DNA of 64,000 nucleotides from Octopus sinensis (Eukaryota): contig NC_043002.1 of NCBI RefSeq assembly GCF_006345805.1, positions 117,180,001 to 117,244,000 of the forward strand, written 5' to 3'. The notes under the pieces were generated by a model. That model saw only the letters and a program-made list of their open reading frames with translations. It searched no databases and was not told the DNA's origin. A program made the translations under genes and the position numbers. The first letter of the stretch is position 1. The number at the start of each line of letters is the position of its first letter. Positions 40,560 to 54,249 of this stretch are shown here, piece by piece.

Positions 40560-40762
40560 CAGGTTTGGCTAAAAGTCACCCGACAGTAAATCAAAATTCC
40601 ATAAATACTTAATATCTAATTTTATCCGTTCCAATTATAAATGTTTAATAATTAAATGCTGTGAGTTAAAATCGCCGTTTTGACTTTTTCAACATTTGTC
40701 TATTTAATAGCGAAGTCTCATATAAAATAATTGTTACTTACCCTTAGGTGACTTTTGACCAA

Positions 40763-40765
<3 letters not shown>
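40560..40765. mobile_element. Tc1/mariner-type MITE, 206 bp
   Basis: TA|CAGGTTTGGCTAAAAGTCACC ... GGTGACTTTTGACCAACTG|TA: imperfect TIRs with TA flanks. Confidence 0.75.
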
Positions 40766-40820
<55 letters not shown>

Positions 40821-40856
40821 ATATATATAAAACATATATATAAACATATATATACA

Positions 40857-40898
<42 letters not shown>

Positions 40899-41299
40899 AC
40901 ACATATATGCAGTTATATGTGTGTTGTGCGCGCGCATTTATGTATAAGTTTATACAAATATAGGTGTGAGGCATGAAGACAAAGAAGAGTACACTACATA
41001 GTATATAAATTCTTGATTTATTGAAATTATCTTCGCTTGGAGGGTACATAAGGTGAAACCTAACAGATTTTGTAACCGACTCCAACTGAGTAGGGAGAAA
41101 AACCTCGAGGAATCAATAACGAAACTTGCGAATTGATATAACGTTAAGAAAAAAAAAAATTTTGCAGCTGTTTCTGCCCCGTTGGGCGTCATCACCACAG
41201 TGTTGTTCTATCTGGCCTCCAACCATACATAAACTTAAGTATATATAATAGTAATGGACATTTAAGGATAACTGTATAAGTGAAAACAGCTCTCCAACT

Positions 41300-42700
41300 G
41301 CTGAATTGCAAGCTCAGAGACTTGTTCGGTTTGATAAATGCATTTATTATCACCTTTTATGGTTTCAGCATGATGTTGGCCACCTCGATGTTTGTGGTGT
41401 TCGATACATCAGGTATGTCGACGCAGCCTTCCCGCGTCATAATCTGCATGGACTATTCTCAAAACAACCAGCTTCTACCATAGTGACCCGAGAGCCAAAA
41501 GTTTGTAGGGCCAATGAATGAAATTTAAAATCGGTCCGACAGGTGGCTTTTTACTGGGATCACCGAAAAGAAGCCTCTCCATATTTAAGTGATGCAACCT
41601 CTGAAAACCCGAAAGAAATTGACTACACTGAGGACAGTTGCCAAAGTCTTAGATTGATCCAAGTTTATCTGCACACCTCTGCTGTATTCTAATCGCTCTA
41701 CCGACAAGCACAACCTCTTTGCAGTCACTTTGCCAATGTCTTTACACTATGCGTTCAGTTGAGTTCGATGATACCACTACAGCTCGCAACTTTCATTATC
41801 AGTGCCATCAGGCCCACCGAATGCAGCTAGGAATGATTTAGTATATTGTCAGTGATAAGAGAAAGTTGAACAAGTCAGACATGTACAAAGCTTCGAAAAG
41901 AACTATTCAAAGCGGTGATTCTGCCCTCGCACAAATACCCTTCTGCAAACTGTATCTCAGTAGTCGGGGACCATTTCTACTGAAATCTGCAGTAGGTCAT
42001 CAAAGTAGACACTTTACTCCACAACGGTCACCAAATTGACGATGGAAAACTGCACACGTATGCCTGGAGTCGAATGGCATATACCTATCGTAATCCTTCA
42101 CATATCTAACTTTGTTATCACGTCCCGCTGTTGTTATTCAGACCCATTGAACGATTCAAAGAGCATGCGACTTAGCTTTGATTTAGCTTTCGTCTTTCGC
42201 ATCTAAAATGTTCATGGTCTCTCTTAATTTGCTAACTAGTTCATCCTTTAATATATTGTTACTATAGTCTATCAGTTGTACTCTAATGACCATCTCCAAA
42301 GAAATCAACCACAAGTGAATGATGATCTCACTCTCAACTCTAGTTTGACTTCTAATCTGATAGCGTGGGCGTTCCACGTCGAGAATCACACTTTCAGCTT
42401 CCGGTGACCGAGCCCTAATCTATGCTTCCTATTTGGGTTCTATATGGAGATTACAAGATTGTGGGCTGCGTAACCAGTTGGCTGAAATCACGGACTCGCT
42501 ATAGTTTCCTGATCCAATTTTTGATAAACACATTACTCGATACTATCTGGATAATGCCGTACGATTTTGCTTAAATATACACTGAAACATTTTAAAAATC
42601 CAATTGATGTCTGTCAGAAACAAGAGACTACCCGGAAAGGATTTCGATGCTTTTGCACACCTCCTTCATAACCTCACCGTGCGTTCAAGAGTCCATTCCA
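41300..42700 (-). mobile_element. Probable decayed R4/RLE-type non-LTR element
   Basis: Weak traces only: YSLQKGICARAESPL (RT GIxQG-like), KDIG and a CRL-like knuckle remnant. Confidence 0.3.
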
Positions 42701-43269
42701 GTCGCTCCTAAGCAATATTACCCAATTCCAGGAAACATTATCTATTTATTTTTTAACATATAAATCATGATACTTATATATCCGAATTCTCTTGAAATCT
42801 GCAATTGTGACCTGACTATCACTCAGTTTTCGTTTTGATTTTCCTTTCCACCCACTTCCTAACACCATATTACTGATGCGAGAGTTTAGCGGCATAACTA
42901 GAGGGTGCGTACAGAGTGCCTTTGTCTATTGTGAGTGTAGTGTAGGAATGTTGCGTTATAAAGTCGCTTTGTAACCGATACATTCATATCCAACAACAAA
43001 AGATACAAACGCTAGCATCGGGGGCGTAAAAATAATAACCTTATAAAATCAAATCTTTTCAAATTTAATTATATCTTGCTTTAGTTTATTACATTTTATG
43101 ATTCTTTCATATTTATTTCAGGCTTTGTTAAATTTTTAATCTATTTGTTGTATAAAGTCGCCACCCTCCCCTTGCTTTTAGGTAACGTTTGTCCAGCAAC
43201 ACATGTTTTGTAAAGCACATGTTCATTACAACATCCATTATATTTAATGCTTCACTTGGAGCTCATAAA

Positions 43270-43270
<1 letters not shown>

Positions 43271-43338
<68 letters not shown>

Positions 43339-43350
43339 CAGCAGCAGCAG
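43271..43350. repeat. (AGT)n followed by (AGC)n
   Basis: Direct inspection. Confidence 0.95.
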
Positions 43351-43503
43351 GAGAAGCAGCAACACTTGTGTAGCGGAAAACTGATTATTTGGAAATTAAT
43401 ATACAGTTTTCATGGATAAACTGTCAGCAAATGCTGTTCATTTCCTAAACCTTAATGAATAAAGATGTTATAAACATTCTCTTAAGGATATACTAAAAAT
43501 CTA

Positions 43504-43993
43504 ATAATCAAAATAAGCAACAAGGACATCCAAGGTAGTGTAGTACAATCGTTTCATGCTACTTCATTTTATTTAACAATGTAAGTATTACATCAGTTTT
43601 AAAATGAAGAGCAATCTTCAGCTACAGATAGAATTTTTTTAATTAAATAGACAATGTACATTTTTATACTCATTTCATTTGACAACATTACAAAGATGGT
43701 CCTTCTCCATCAGCAGATATTTTATCCATCTGCAGATGGAGGACATTCTACTACTATGTTCTTATTGATGAAATTAACCTCTCTGTCTATATATCTACCA
43801 TCTTTGCAATGTTGTTAAATGAGATGAGTATAAAAATGTACATTGTCTATTTAATTAAAAAAATTCTATCTGTGGCTGAAGATTGCTCTTCATTTTAAAA
43901 CTGATGTAATACTTACATTGTTAAATAAAATAAAGTAGCATGAAACGATTGTACTACACTACCTTGCATATCCTTGTTGCTTATTTTGATTAT
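43504..43993. repeat. Long inverted repeat: 197-bp arms (43504-43700 and 43797-43993), 96-bp spacer
   Basis: Hand alignment gives 190/197 identity with no indels. Confidence 0.95.
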
Positions 43994-44538
43994 AATCACC
44001 CCATTTGATTGATATGGATAATAACATACCAAATTCTGGTGCCTTTAACTTAAGTACCATATTCATCTGAATCTAAATTTTGCTAAAAATCTAATATGTA
44101 TGTATAATATTGGTGCTCTTATTCCTATCGTGAAACTGAATCGTGGATCTCTTGAGATTGAATATAAAAACTATCCTTTTATTTATTTATATTTTTGTAA
44201 ATAGAGCTGTTCATGTCATTTTTCGGAAATACAAATATTGCATGAATCCTGGAGTTTGTTACGAAAAGTGTACATATATTGATTACATATATTTGAATCT
44301 TTGAAGTCTAAACAATTTATCTCTCGTCTTTCGTTGTTGTTATATATTCCACAATTTCTAGTATTTCTAAGTATTATTTAGTATATATGTATAAATGTTT
44401 CGCATAGCATGGTAGCGTTTATGCTTCGCTTTCAAAAAAATTTCATGTGCCCAGATATTACTAAACCTATTGAAAAATCTATAAGGTTCTTTTTGCCATT
44501 AATACATAATAACACAATGAAATTGACACATGACCTAG

Positions 44539-44546
44539 TGACGTCA
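44539..44546. promoter_or_regulatory. Full CRE site TGACGTCA in unique sequence
   Basis: Motif read directly. Function unproven. Confidence 0.25.
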
Positions 44547-45462
44547 GTATACAATTTCCTGTGCAAGTCTCCAATAAAGTTTGAAATTCAATTCCTCTTG
44601 AAGAGTGATTTGAGACAAGACTTCGTTAGTATGACTGCGATGTATTGATTTTCTGTGTTGATTTTGTTTAAAAGCTCGCGTAAATTTTGTGCCTTCATTA
44701 AAAACAAACACCATGTTGCACAAAAGCAATACTGGTGTGCGTAATTATAAAGTGTCAGTTACTCACTTCCTTAACCATTTCTTACTAGCGCATTACTATT
44801 GACATATGTTTAACGTTTACTTTTATATCAGATAGAATGGATTCACTTCTATGGATTTTTTTCTTCTGTTTTCAAGTTTATCCTATTTCATAAAACAAAA
44901 TTTTATATGCATAATTAGAAAGTAATGACATGAAAAGAAATGTCATAAAGCGGACAAAATAATGATGTGCTGGCTGGCTGGCTGGTGGGAATTATCACTT
45001 AATGAAAAGCAAATCTTTATTGCCTTTCGCTAACACAGAAAACACAGATAGTTACACCTCCTATAGTTCAAATCAGAATTTTTAAAAATCTATCAAATAT
45101 CTGAGAATAGTTATTGTAAATATGATTATATTTTCCATGTTATCAACCTCATCGTTCGAGAGTAACTGTTTTCTTCATATTTAGATCCACACTTTACTTC
45201 CATTGGTTTCAAATATGGCTGTCATCGGATGTTTTATTGCTAAGTATATACATTGGTCAGGTAGATAATAACGTTACTTCTCTTAGGTTCGAAATAATTA
45301 TGATTTTATTCGTGCTCATTACAAAACGGTTGAAATTTAATGTAGATGAAAATATCTTTAAAAAGTATTTCATCTCTGAAAAATTTATTTCATCAGGAAA
45401 CATTACACACACATACACACACGCACGCCCACAATACACACATACACACACAATGTATTGAC

Positions 45463-45576
<114 letters not shown>

Positions 45577-46503
45577 AATAAGAGTGGGGTTAAAAAGAAG
45601 TATATTTTCATGTAAAAATGTTTGACAGTAAAAATATGTGTGTTTTCACAAAGTGAGCTTTACAAAAGTAAAGAATATCACATTTTACTGAAAAGTCTTC
45701 ACACAATAATTTTACGGAATTAGCATTTGTTTTAACAAAAGAAGTTTGTCAGTGAATGAAGATCAAATTTTACTCTGTGTGTGTGTGTGTGTTAGAACAT
45801 TCAGCGTCGAACACAATTCTGCATTTAGACTGGAATGATGTTTAAGGGATGCTTCAGAAAATGATCACTCATGATACTTTTCGTTGCTCGTTTGTCGGTT
45901 AGACAAGACACACGCTACAGCAGAACTGTTTCCACAAAATTGAAACAACTCATTCATTATTGACATCTAATTTGTGGCCGAAGTATGACAGAGTAAAGTC
46001 CGGGGCGAAAGGCGACGTGATATTTGTATCGTCTACCAAGTGTTGTGAACGCACTGGGAGATAGATTGAAACGGAAAATAAAAGCTAGCGAAAAGCTGCT
46101 ACTTAAAATTTGCACACAGAATAAGCAAGTAGTTACAAATATGCGAGGTATAACTTGTTTTACAAATTCTTTGAATCAAACTGGTACCGATCGATACTAG
46201 TCTGAGTGTACTAGTAACTCTCTTTGTGTAATTCCAATAATTATAGATATGATACACAAACTTTAATAAGATATTCAGGCAGCGCAGTTGAGAGGTTCGC
46301 TTGGTTTTGGGACCAGTCCTAATCTGCGGCACCTTGAATAAGTGCTTAAATTATAGCCCCGTGTCGACCAATACTTTTTAAGAGAATATAGTAGACGGAA
46401 TCCCGTCGTACTTGTGTGTGTGTGTGTGTGTGTGTGAGTGTGTGTGTATGTGTGTGTGTGTGAGTGTGTGTGTGTGTGTATGTGTGTGTGTGAGTATGTG
46501 TGT

Positions 46504-46554
<51 letters not shown>

Positions 46555-46589
46555 GCGTGTAAGTGCGCTCGTAGCTTAAATTTATCACA

Positions 46590-46825
46590 ATTCTATTATT
46601 CGTTCTGTTACTTGTGTCAGTCACGTGACTGCAGCCATGCCGGAGCACCGCCTTGAAGGGTTTTAGTCAAACAAATCGCCCCCCACCCCAGAACTTATTT
46701 TTTAAAAGCCAGCACTTATTCTATGGGTCCCTATTGCCGTACCGCTAAGTTACGGGGGATGTAAACACAATAACGGTTGGCAAGCAGTGATGGCAGGGCA
46801 AACACAGACACAAAAACACACCCAC

Positions 46826-46886
<61 letters not shown>

Positions 46887-46942
46887 ATATATATACATAT
46901 ATATTATATATGTATATATTATATATATATGTATATATATAT

Positions 46943-46997
<55 letters not shown>

Positions 46998-47179
46998 ATA
47001 TACGTGTGTGTGTGTGTGGTGTGTTCATATATATATATATAATTTGTTGTTATCACGTTTCGGCTGATTTACTCCCCAGCCTTCATCAAGTGCCTGAGAG
47101 AATTTTGAACTCAACCTTGGGTTCTATTCCTAAGGTATTTTTTGCTGATGTTATTATCATTATTATAATAATAATAATA

Positions 47180-47211
<32 letters not shown>

Positions 47212-47370
47212 CGATGGGCTTCTCTCAGTTTCCCTTTACTAAATCTACTCACAAGTCTTTGTTTAGCTCGAGACTATAAAAGTAGACGCTTGTCCAAGGC
47301 GCTACACTGTGGGACTGAACCCGGAACCATGTGGTTGGGAAGAAAGCTTCTTACCACACAGCTACACCTG
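46590..47370 (-). mobile_element. SINE-A copy with a nested H1 hammerhead fragment in its central microsatellite
   Basis: Tail at 46590-46800 and head at 47207-47370 flank a TA tract and the insert. Confidence 0.85.
47041..47205 (-). mobile_element. H1-family PLE pLTR fragment with a degenerate hammerhead (47052-47093)
   Basis: Reverse complement reads ATACCTTAGGAATAGAACCC...CACTTGATGAAGGCTGGGGAGTAAATCAGCCGAAACGTG, homologous to 38815-38920. Confidence 0.85.
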
Positions 47371-48041
47371 CTTACTTAATAAGCGCGTGCAAAAATTACA
47401 AGCACAAAAAAATAAGCAGCTACACTTTCACGCTCATCGACTATTGATCACAAAAGTCGCATGACAAATACACATATTACTAAGGGACACAGAAGCCTCA
47501 ACAGGCACTGGCGAACAGTACAACGAACCAACAGCCTCAAAATAACCCTGGATCATACACATACATGCTAAAACAAAAACAATAATATAGCAACCCACGC
47601 TCACGCAATAAAGAAGAGACACACGCATACTTGAGGTTATTCACAAAGATGTACCAACAGCAGGCACTAAAATGAGCAAATGATTCTTCCATCTGCAGCA
47701 ACTTAATTTGTTCTGACCATATCAAAAACCAAAAATCCTAACAAGCAGACAGATAGGTTAAGTAAGGCCTGCAAATCCCGGGTGGTTCTGGCCAATAATA
47801 CTACAAAACAATATACAAAAAAAGAAGCATTTATGGATCGTACGAATTCCCGCTAAAGTACAAACGAATATAACAAACACATAGGCAAGCACATGGAAGA
47901 ACACGCGCGCGCGTGCGCAAACGCACAAACACGCGCGCGCGCACATATATGTGCAAGCACACGTGAACTTACACACAAGGGCGCCTAAGAAAACCTAACC
48001 CCCCACCCCACCCATACACAAATATTCACAGAGTTTCTCTT

Positions 48042-48089
<48 letters not shown>

Positions 48090-48610
48090 AACCACATACA
48101 ACAGAACAAATTGACACCGGAATTTTACTTTCTGCGACGGTAATTTGATATACCTACTTATCTCGTTTTCCCTTTATCTCTTATTGTTGTATTTATGCCT
48201 ACTTTGCCTTCTTATCTCTCTGATAACCACCACAGGCAAGCTAACACACATGCGCACGTGTACACACACACACACGCGCGCGCGCGCGCGCGCGCGCACA
48301 CACGCACGCACATACACACAATCCGCCAGTAATGCGCAAAATTAACCTACGGGGAAACACATCGCACAAATGGAGACCATCCATACGCGCGCACTCACGC
48401 ACACACACGCTCACACATATATATAGAGACACGTGCACACACAAAATGCGCATCAAATTATACAATATTTATTTACTGGTCTTCTATGCACGCACTCAAA
48501 GCCTACTCTTATTGATCTGAGTTTAGTTACTTTATCAACATGCTCTATGAAAAGGATAAATTCTAGAGGGCCCTAGATATCACTTTACACCTTTGAACGA
48601 TGTTCTGTCC

Positions 48611-48642
<32 letters not shown>

Positions 48643-48684
48643 ACACCCAAAAACACACACACACATTATATATATATATAATAA

Positions 48685-48761
<77 letters not shown>

Positions 48762-48981
48762 ATATTTCGGAATGGTCATATATACAGGAAAATAATATAT
48801 AAATACAGGAAAGTAAAAATAAGAAATAAGTGGAAATTTTACCGGTGAGTGTGTTACATTATAAGGCACAAAAAGAAAATAACTCTCCCCAGACACAACA
48901 AAATATGCTTCAACACACGAACTCATATGAAGAATCTTGCAAACCAAATCAAAAACGAAAAATATATATATATATAGTATG

Positions 48982-49041
<60 letters not shown>

Positions 49042-49050
49042 TAATATATA

Positions 49051-49097
<47 letters not shown>

Positions 49098-49293
49098 ATA
49101 TATATATACATATATACATATATATATATATATAAATAAGGGCAAACGAAAAAATACCTAATGCCAAAATACCGAATTTAGACATATGTCCATAACCATA
49201 TATTTTTCACAATACGCACGCTACTCGGAAAAAGTTGTTTATAATTTTAACCTTTAAAGGTATTTTTTTAATATGCTGGCCATTGATAAAATT

Positions 49294-49408
49294 TTGGGCA
49301 AGTGTCTTCTACTATAGCTCGGGCCGACCAAAGCCTTGTGAGTGGATTTGGTAGACGGAAACTGAAAGAAACCCGTCGTATATATGTATGTATATATATA
49401 TATATATA

Positions 49409-49453
<45 letters not shown>

Positions 49454-49729
49454 GTGTGTGGTGTGTGTGTGTGTGTGTGGTGTGTGTGTGTGTGTGTGGT
49501 GTATGTTTGTGTGTCTGTGTCTATCCCCCTAGCATTGCTTGACAACCGATGCTGGTGTGTTTATGTCCCCGTCACTTAGCGGTTCGGCAAAAGAGACCGA
49601 TAGAATAAGTACTGGGCTTACAAAGAATAAGTCCCGGGGTCGATTTGCTCGATTAAAGGCGGTGCTCCAGCATGGCCGCAGTCAAATGACTGAAAACAAG
49701 TAAAAGAGAGTAAAAGAGAGTAAAAGAGA

Positions 49730-49730
<1 letters not shown>
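49294..49730 (+). mobile_element. SINE-A copy, 5' truncated, young
   Basis: Near-identical to 39943-40340. Confidence 0.92.
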
Positions 49731-49794
<64 letters not shown>

Positions 49795-49799
49795 AATCC

Positions 49800-50000
49800 A
49801 AACGGGAAAACAAAAAACAACAACAGTGGAACAATTACAGTATATTATTAATAGGCGCTCAGGAATATGGAAGCAGGAAGGTATGACGTTTCGAGCGGAG
49901 CTTTTCGTCGGAAACATAAAGAAGGAAGAGAGAGGAAAGAAAGATCCCAAAGTGGGCAACAAGAGATGGAGAAAAAAACGACTGGTGTTTACGAAGTACA
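49800..50000 (-). mobile_element. H2-family fragment with a degenerate hammerhead (49881-49916)
   Basis: Reverse complement reads GTTT-CCGACGA-A-AAGC-TCC-GCTC-GAAACGTC. Confidence 0.75.
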
Positions 50001-50173
50001 CTAGAAAGTCGGAGATGATGTACAGGTATTTTATATGAGGTACTCGCAAATTCGGATGGTTTTATATTTACAGATATTTATTTGTATATTACATGTTTTT
50101 ACACATCATATAACTTATATCATATATCATATATGAGCGCTTTCTCCCATTCTAGTGGGATTTTCAAATCGAA

Positions 50174-50213
<40 letters not shown>

Positions 50214-52377
50214 TACATACATCTCCATATATACATACACAGCCAATTCTTTTTTGTTCCCCAAATACGTGTCACCAACTACTCTAACTTATTTCTCTTA
50301 GCTCATTTTCATTTCATTTACATAAATTATCAAAGCTATAAGCGCTTTCTACTCCTTTTTACTTGTTTCTCCTATATATGTCTCTTGTCTACTGAGATAA
50401 ATGTCGACAATTGTTATCCCAAACACGCTTACTGAGACAAGAAGGGAAGCCTATAGCCGTCAGCTTATCTTTAGACACTTAGACTGTCTTTTCCTTAATA
50501 GCATACCAATTTGATGGAAGACTTGGTTCTTGAGATTATCTTCCCCTGTCACTAAAATTTGGTGGTAAATTTGGTGGCATGAAGTGAATGGTCTATCCTC
50601 TATGAAAGCAAAATGTTATCTTGTACGTTATTTAATACGTCCTTCTTTGTCTGCGTTGTTAAAATGCATACAAGTGGTCACTCTGAGTTATTTCTCTTAC
50701 AACATCTTCATTTCATTTATGCACATGTCAAATCGCTACGTCAGATGGACACCATGAAATACATGTCGCCACCGTCACTTATCGTCACTCTACCGACAAT
50801 GCAAAAGGTTGATATTTTACAGATGGGTTACTTTGATTTCTGCTTTCACATTTATCAGTTTGTATTCTGCACCCTGAAATTGTGAAGTTCGCTGATAATG
50901 TACACATAAGCACAACAGAGTGATAATCTATGATTGGGTTACTTTTATTACTGTATTGTCTTTTTCGAATTAGCAACCCAATCCAAGATTGTAGATTCTA
51001 AAATTCCGAAGTTATGTGTGCTAAAGTTTTGCATTCTCATCTCTGAAGATTAAAATCTCATTCTTGTTCATTTTGATTTGCAATCGGGAACTGTATTTGG
51101 TATTTGGGTTTATGTAAGACAACCTTCGTGCTTTAGAATCGATACATGCCATTCGATATTATCAGTGGCCTGATATTGTATTGCATTCTAACGAAGTGTT
51201 TTGCGTTGTATATGTAGTATTCACAAGCTCTTAAGTTCTGCACCTGGTGGCAGTTTATTCATGGTAGCACTATTGTCTCTAGTTTCCGACCACTCACTAA
51301 GAAAGCTGGTGTATGTTACTCTGTGATAGCGATAGATCGTGTGTACTGTGGCGCATCGAAGTGAAAAGTTAACAACAATAACTGCACATTCCTATCTGTA
51401 TAGCATGCTTTAAGCATTACATTTTGATATTTGTTTTCTGGGCTTTTGATATTTAACTTTTGAATTTGTTTATGTTAAGTTTCTATCATTTAAGCCAGAC
51501 GGAATAGTTCAGTAAAATATGAGACTAATGTCGGCTTCATTATAAAAATACACTATGATCTTTCTCCTGCGATTAACATCTTGACCCTCGCAAGCAAAAC
51601 GGGTTTCAGATAAGACAGCAATATTCACCCTGTAGAAAGTAAAGCAATTTTTCTTTCGGCAGATGACTCATTATTTTTCAAGGTTCTCACCTTCTAACAG
51701 CTAATCTGAAAATAGGATACATGCTTTTAACGGTCGCTTGATGATAACCGTAGATCAGCTGTCTTCCCTGCAAATCAAAACCTACAAGCCCTTACCTTGT
51801 AAGACTTTTTGCCATCTACACTACTATACTTATATATGTGTTCTTTGTCGTTTTCGGGATAACACCAACATAGTGTTTATACAAAATGTATCAACCTCAA
51901 AGTAAATTAATGATTATACAATATATCTGTGAATAAATTTTCCCCAAACAAGTCAAGTAATTTTTTAAAGTAATTTAGTGGACCATTTATATAAATAAGC
52001 AATACCTATACATGGATAAGATCTACGACATCCATAATAAAAGGAAATTATAGCTTGCTCAACACTACTATGCTATATATAAAAATTACCAAAGATAATT
52101 GAGTATAAAAAAAAATGACTGTTCATCTAACGTCATATTGGTTTAACCTACCAGGTTATTCTCTAAAAAAAAAACTCTCTACATCATGCTTTCAAAGGAT
52201 GCCTTTTGCCTGTTTTGTTTTATGACTGTGAAACATATTAAACAACTAGTGCATTTCCAGTAAATATCATCAACAAATTTTGCATGTACTTGAAGAGAAT
52301 ATGGGAAGGTAACTGAGGTCAAAAGTCACTTGGATTTTGAGTAGATTTCCATATGTAGGTGTGTGGTTTGTGTAATG

Positions 52378-52411
<34 letters not shown>

Positions 52412-52454
52412 ATATTGTGTGGTGTATGTATATATATGTATCTATATATATATA

Positions 52455-52490
<36 letters not shown>

Positions 52491-52929
52491 AAAGATGTCC
52501 CTTTTCATTTGACCACTTTAATGAGTTCTCATCATACCTCTTTCCTACTATTTCCCTCGCCTCCTATCTTCTCACTAGAACCTTCAGTTACTTCTCCAAT
52601 GTGTACATTAAACCTCCCAAGTCCTGTGACCTCGTTGGCTGTCACAACCCAAGGGTTTCAGGAGAGTTAGTCTATCCAATGCAATTAATCTAGATTACTG
52701 ATACATTTTGCCAGTTTTAGGATAATGAATATTCTCTCATCTTTTGGTAATAATAATTTTCCAAAATATATAAACATAGTACATATATCAGATGATATTC
52801 TGACCAAAATAGCAAGAATTGTAATACTGATATGTAAAAATACTGACAACATAAAACTAAAAAAAAGAAATTCATATATCATTTAAATGCTTAATTGCTG
52901 AAACCACTCTGTGTCTAGGCGTGAGTTCA

Positions 52930-53610
52930 CGTATGTAATTACACATCCTGATATGGATTCTGAGGACCTTGAGAACCAGAGAGAAGGAAACCATGATGGT
53001 ACTCTGAAAGACATTCGTCCTCAGACGTTTGGACAACTGTTCCCTTCTATGGTCACCCCACAGTGTAAAATTAACAGCGGACCTTGAAGCAATCCAGCGA
53101 AGCTACACAAAGATTGTCTCATTGCAACAGCTCAGCTACTTGAAAAAGCTGGAACAGCTAAGACTCTACTCCCTAGAGCGAAATCAGGAGAGATTTGCTG
53201 TAATATTCATCTGGACGGGATCGTGCTAAATTTTAGCATCGAAAACTACTGCACAATGTCAAAGATCCTAACACTGCCGTCGCGTTTCAGGACCAGTTAC
53301 TGTAACAGCCTGGATTTCAAGAGCCCACAGCTTTTTAATATTCTCCCAAAGAGCCTGAGAGACCTACACAAAGTGAATGTAGGCGTTTTCCAAACAAAAC
53401 TGGATGTTTTCCTGCTGAGAGTCCCAGATGAACCTACCTCGCGGCAGGGGGCGCAAATGAGGGCAGCGACATCAAACACCCTTTTCACCAAATGCCACAT
53501 ATCAGAGGAGGCTCTCAATAATAACAGTGTAGCAGAAGGGCGATGCTCCAGCATAGGCGCAGCTTTGAGCTGAAACCGATGAAAGAATAAAAGAAGGATA
53601 AAAGAATGTA
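52930..53610 (+). mobile_element. CR1-like LINE 3' part (end of RT and tail)
   Basis: WILRTLRTREKETMMVL*KTFVLRRLDNCSLLWSP...LEAIQRSYTK...LYSLER and QLFNILPKSLRDL...LDVFLLRVPDEP. Confidence 0.9.
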
Positions 53611-54249
53611 TGTATATTTCTGTATAAATATACGTGTGTGTATGAAGCAGTTTATTTCAAATTAGTTTATTATTAACCCTTATATATTATCATTTATAAA
53701 AGATCTTTTTTGATTCTCAAGACAATGTGAAAAATTTGTTGTAGTTGGAGACTTGGGAATTAAACTACTTATAGAAATAAAATCATTCTTAGAATGAGCG
53801 GAACCCGGTGTGCCGAGAAAAAAAATCCAGGCAGTCAAATATTGTAACTGAAATGCTTGCATTGATACATAAATTATATTAAAAATTGCAACGAGAACCA
53901 GCTTATATATTGCTAAATCTATAGCCTTCATGGATTTGAGAATTCTTACAATTGTCATAAAGCACTTTGGAATATATATTGTTCTTCGTTTTACTGTGAT
54001 GAAAAAATAAAAGAGATTATGGACACTTGCAATTCTTGAGGCTCCTACATACAATTTACCTCAAAATGCAGTTCATCTTCGAATATATTGATTGTTCTGG
54101 AAACAAGAATATTCCAAGTCAAAAGGCGCACATATTGTTATCAGAGGAATTCTGGGTAGCATTTTATGCTCGATATTTGGTACACCTTGTGAGATTTGTT
54201 GTGTTAATGATTTTATAAATTAACCATTTGTCCAGCGGCAGTTATGTCG

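Noticed and set aside
42183-42389. 68-aa minus-strand ORF as a host exon
   Set aside because: It lies in what appears to be a decayed non-LTR element and has no splice signals or homology I can support.
43584-43596. 13-nt match AGTATTACATCAG to miR-12 inside the foldback arm
   Set aside because: The seed position differs, and a 13-mer match to some known miRNA is expected by chance in this much AT-rich DNA.
51236-51254. CTCF-like GCACCTGGTGGCAG
   Set aside because: A single partial match with no supporting context.
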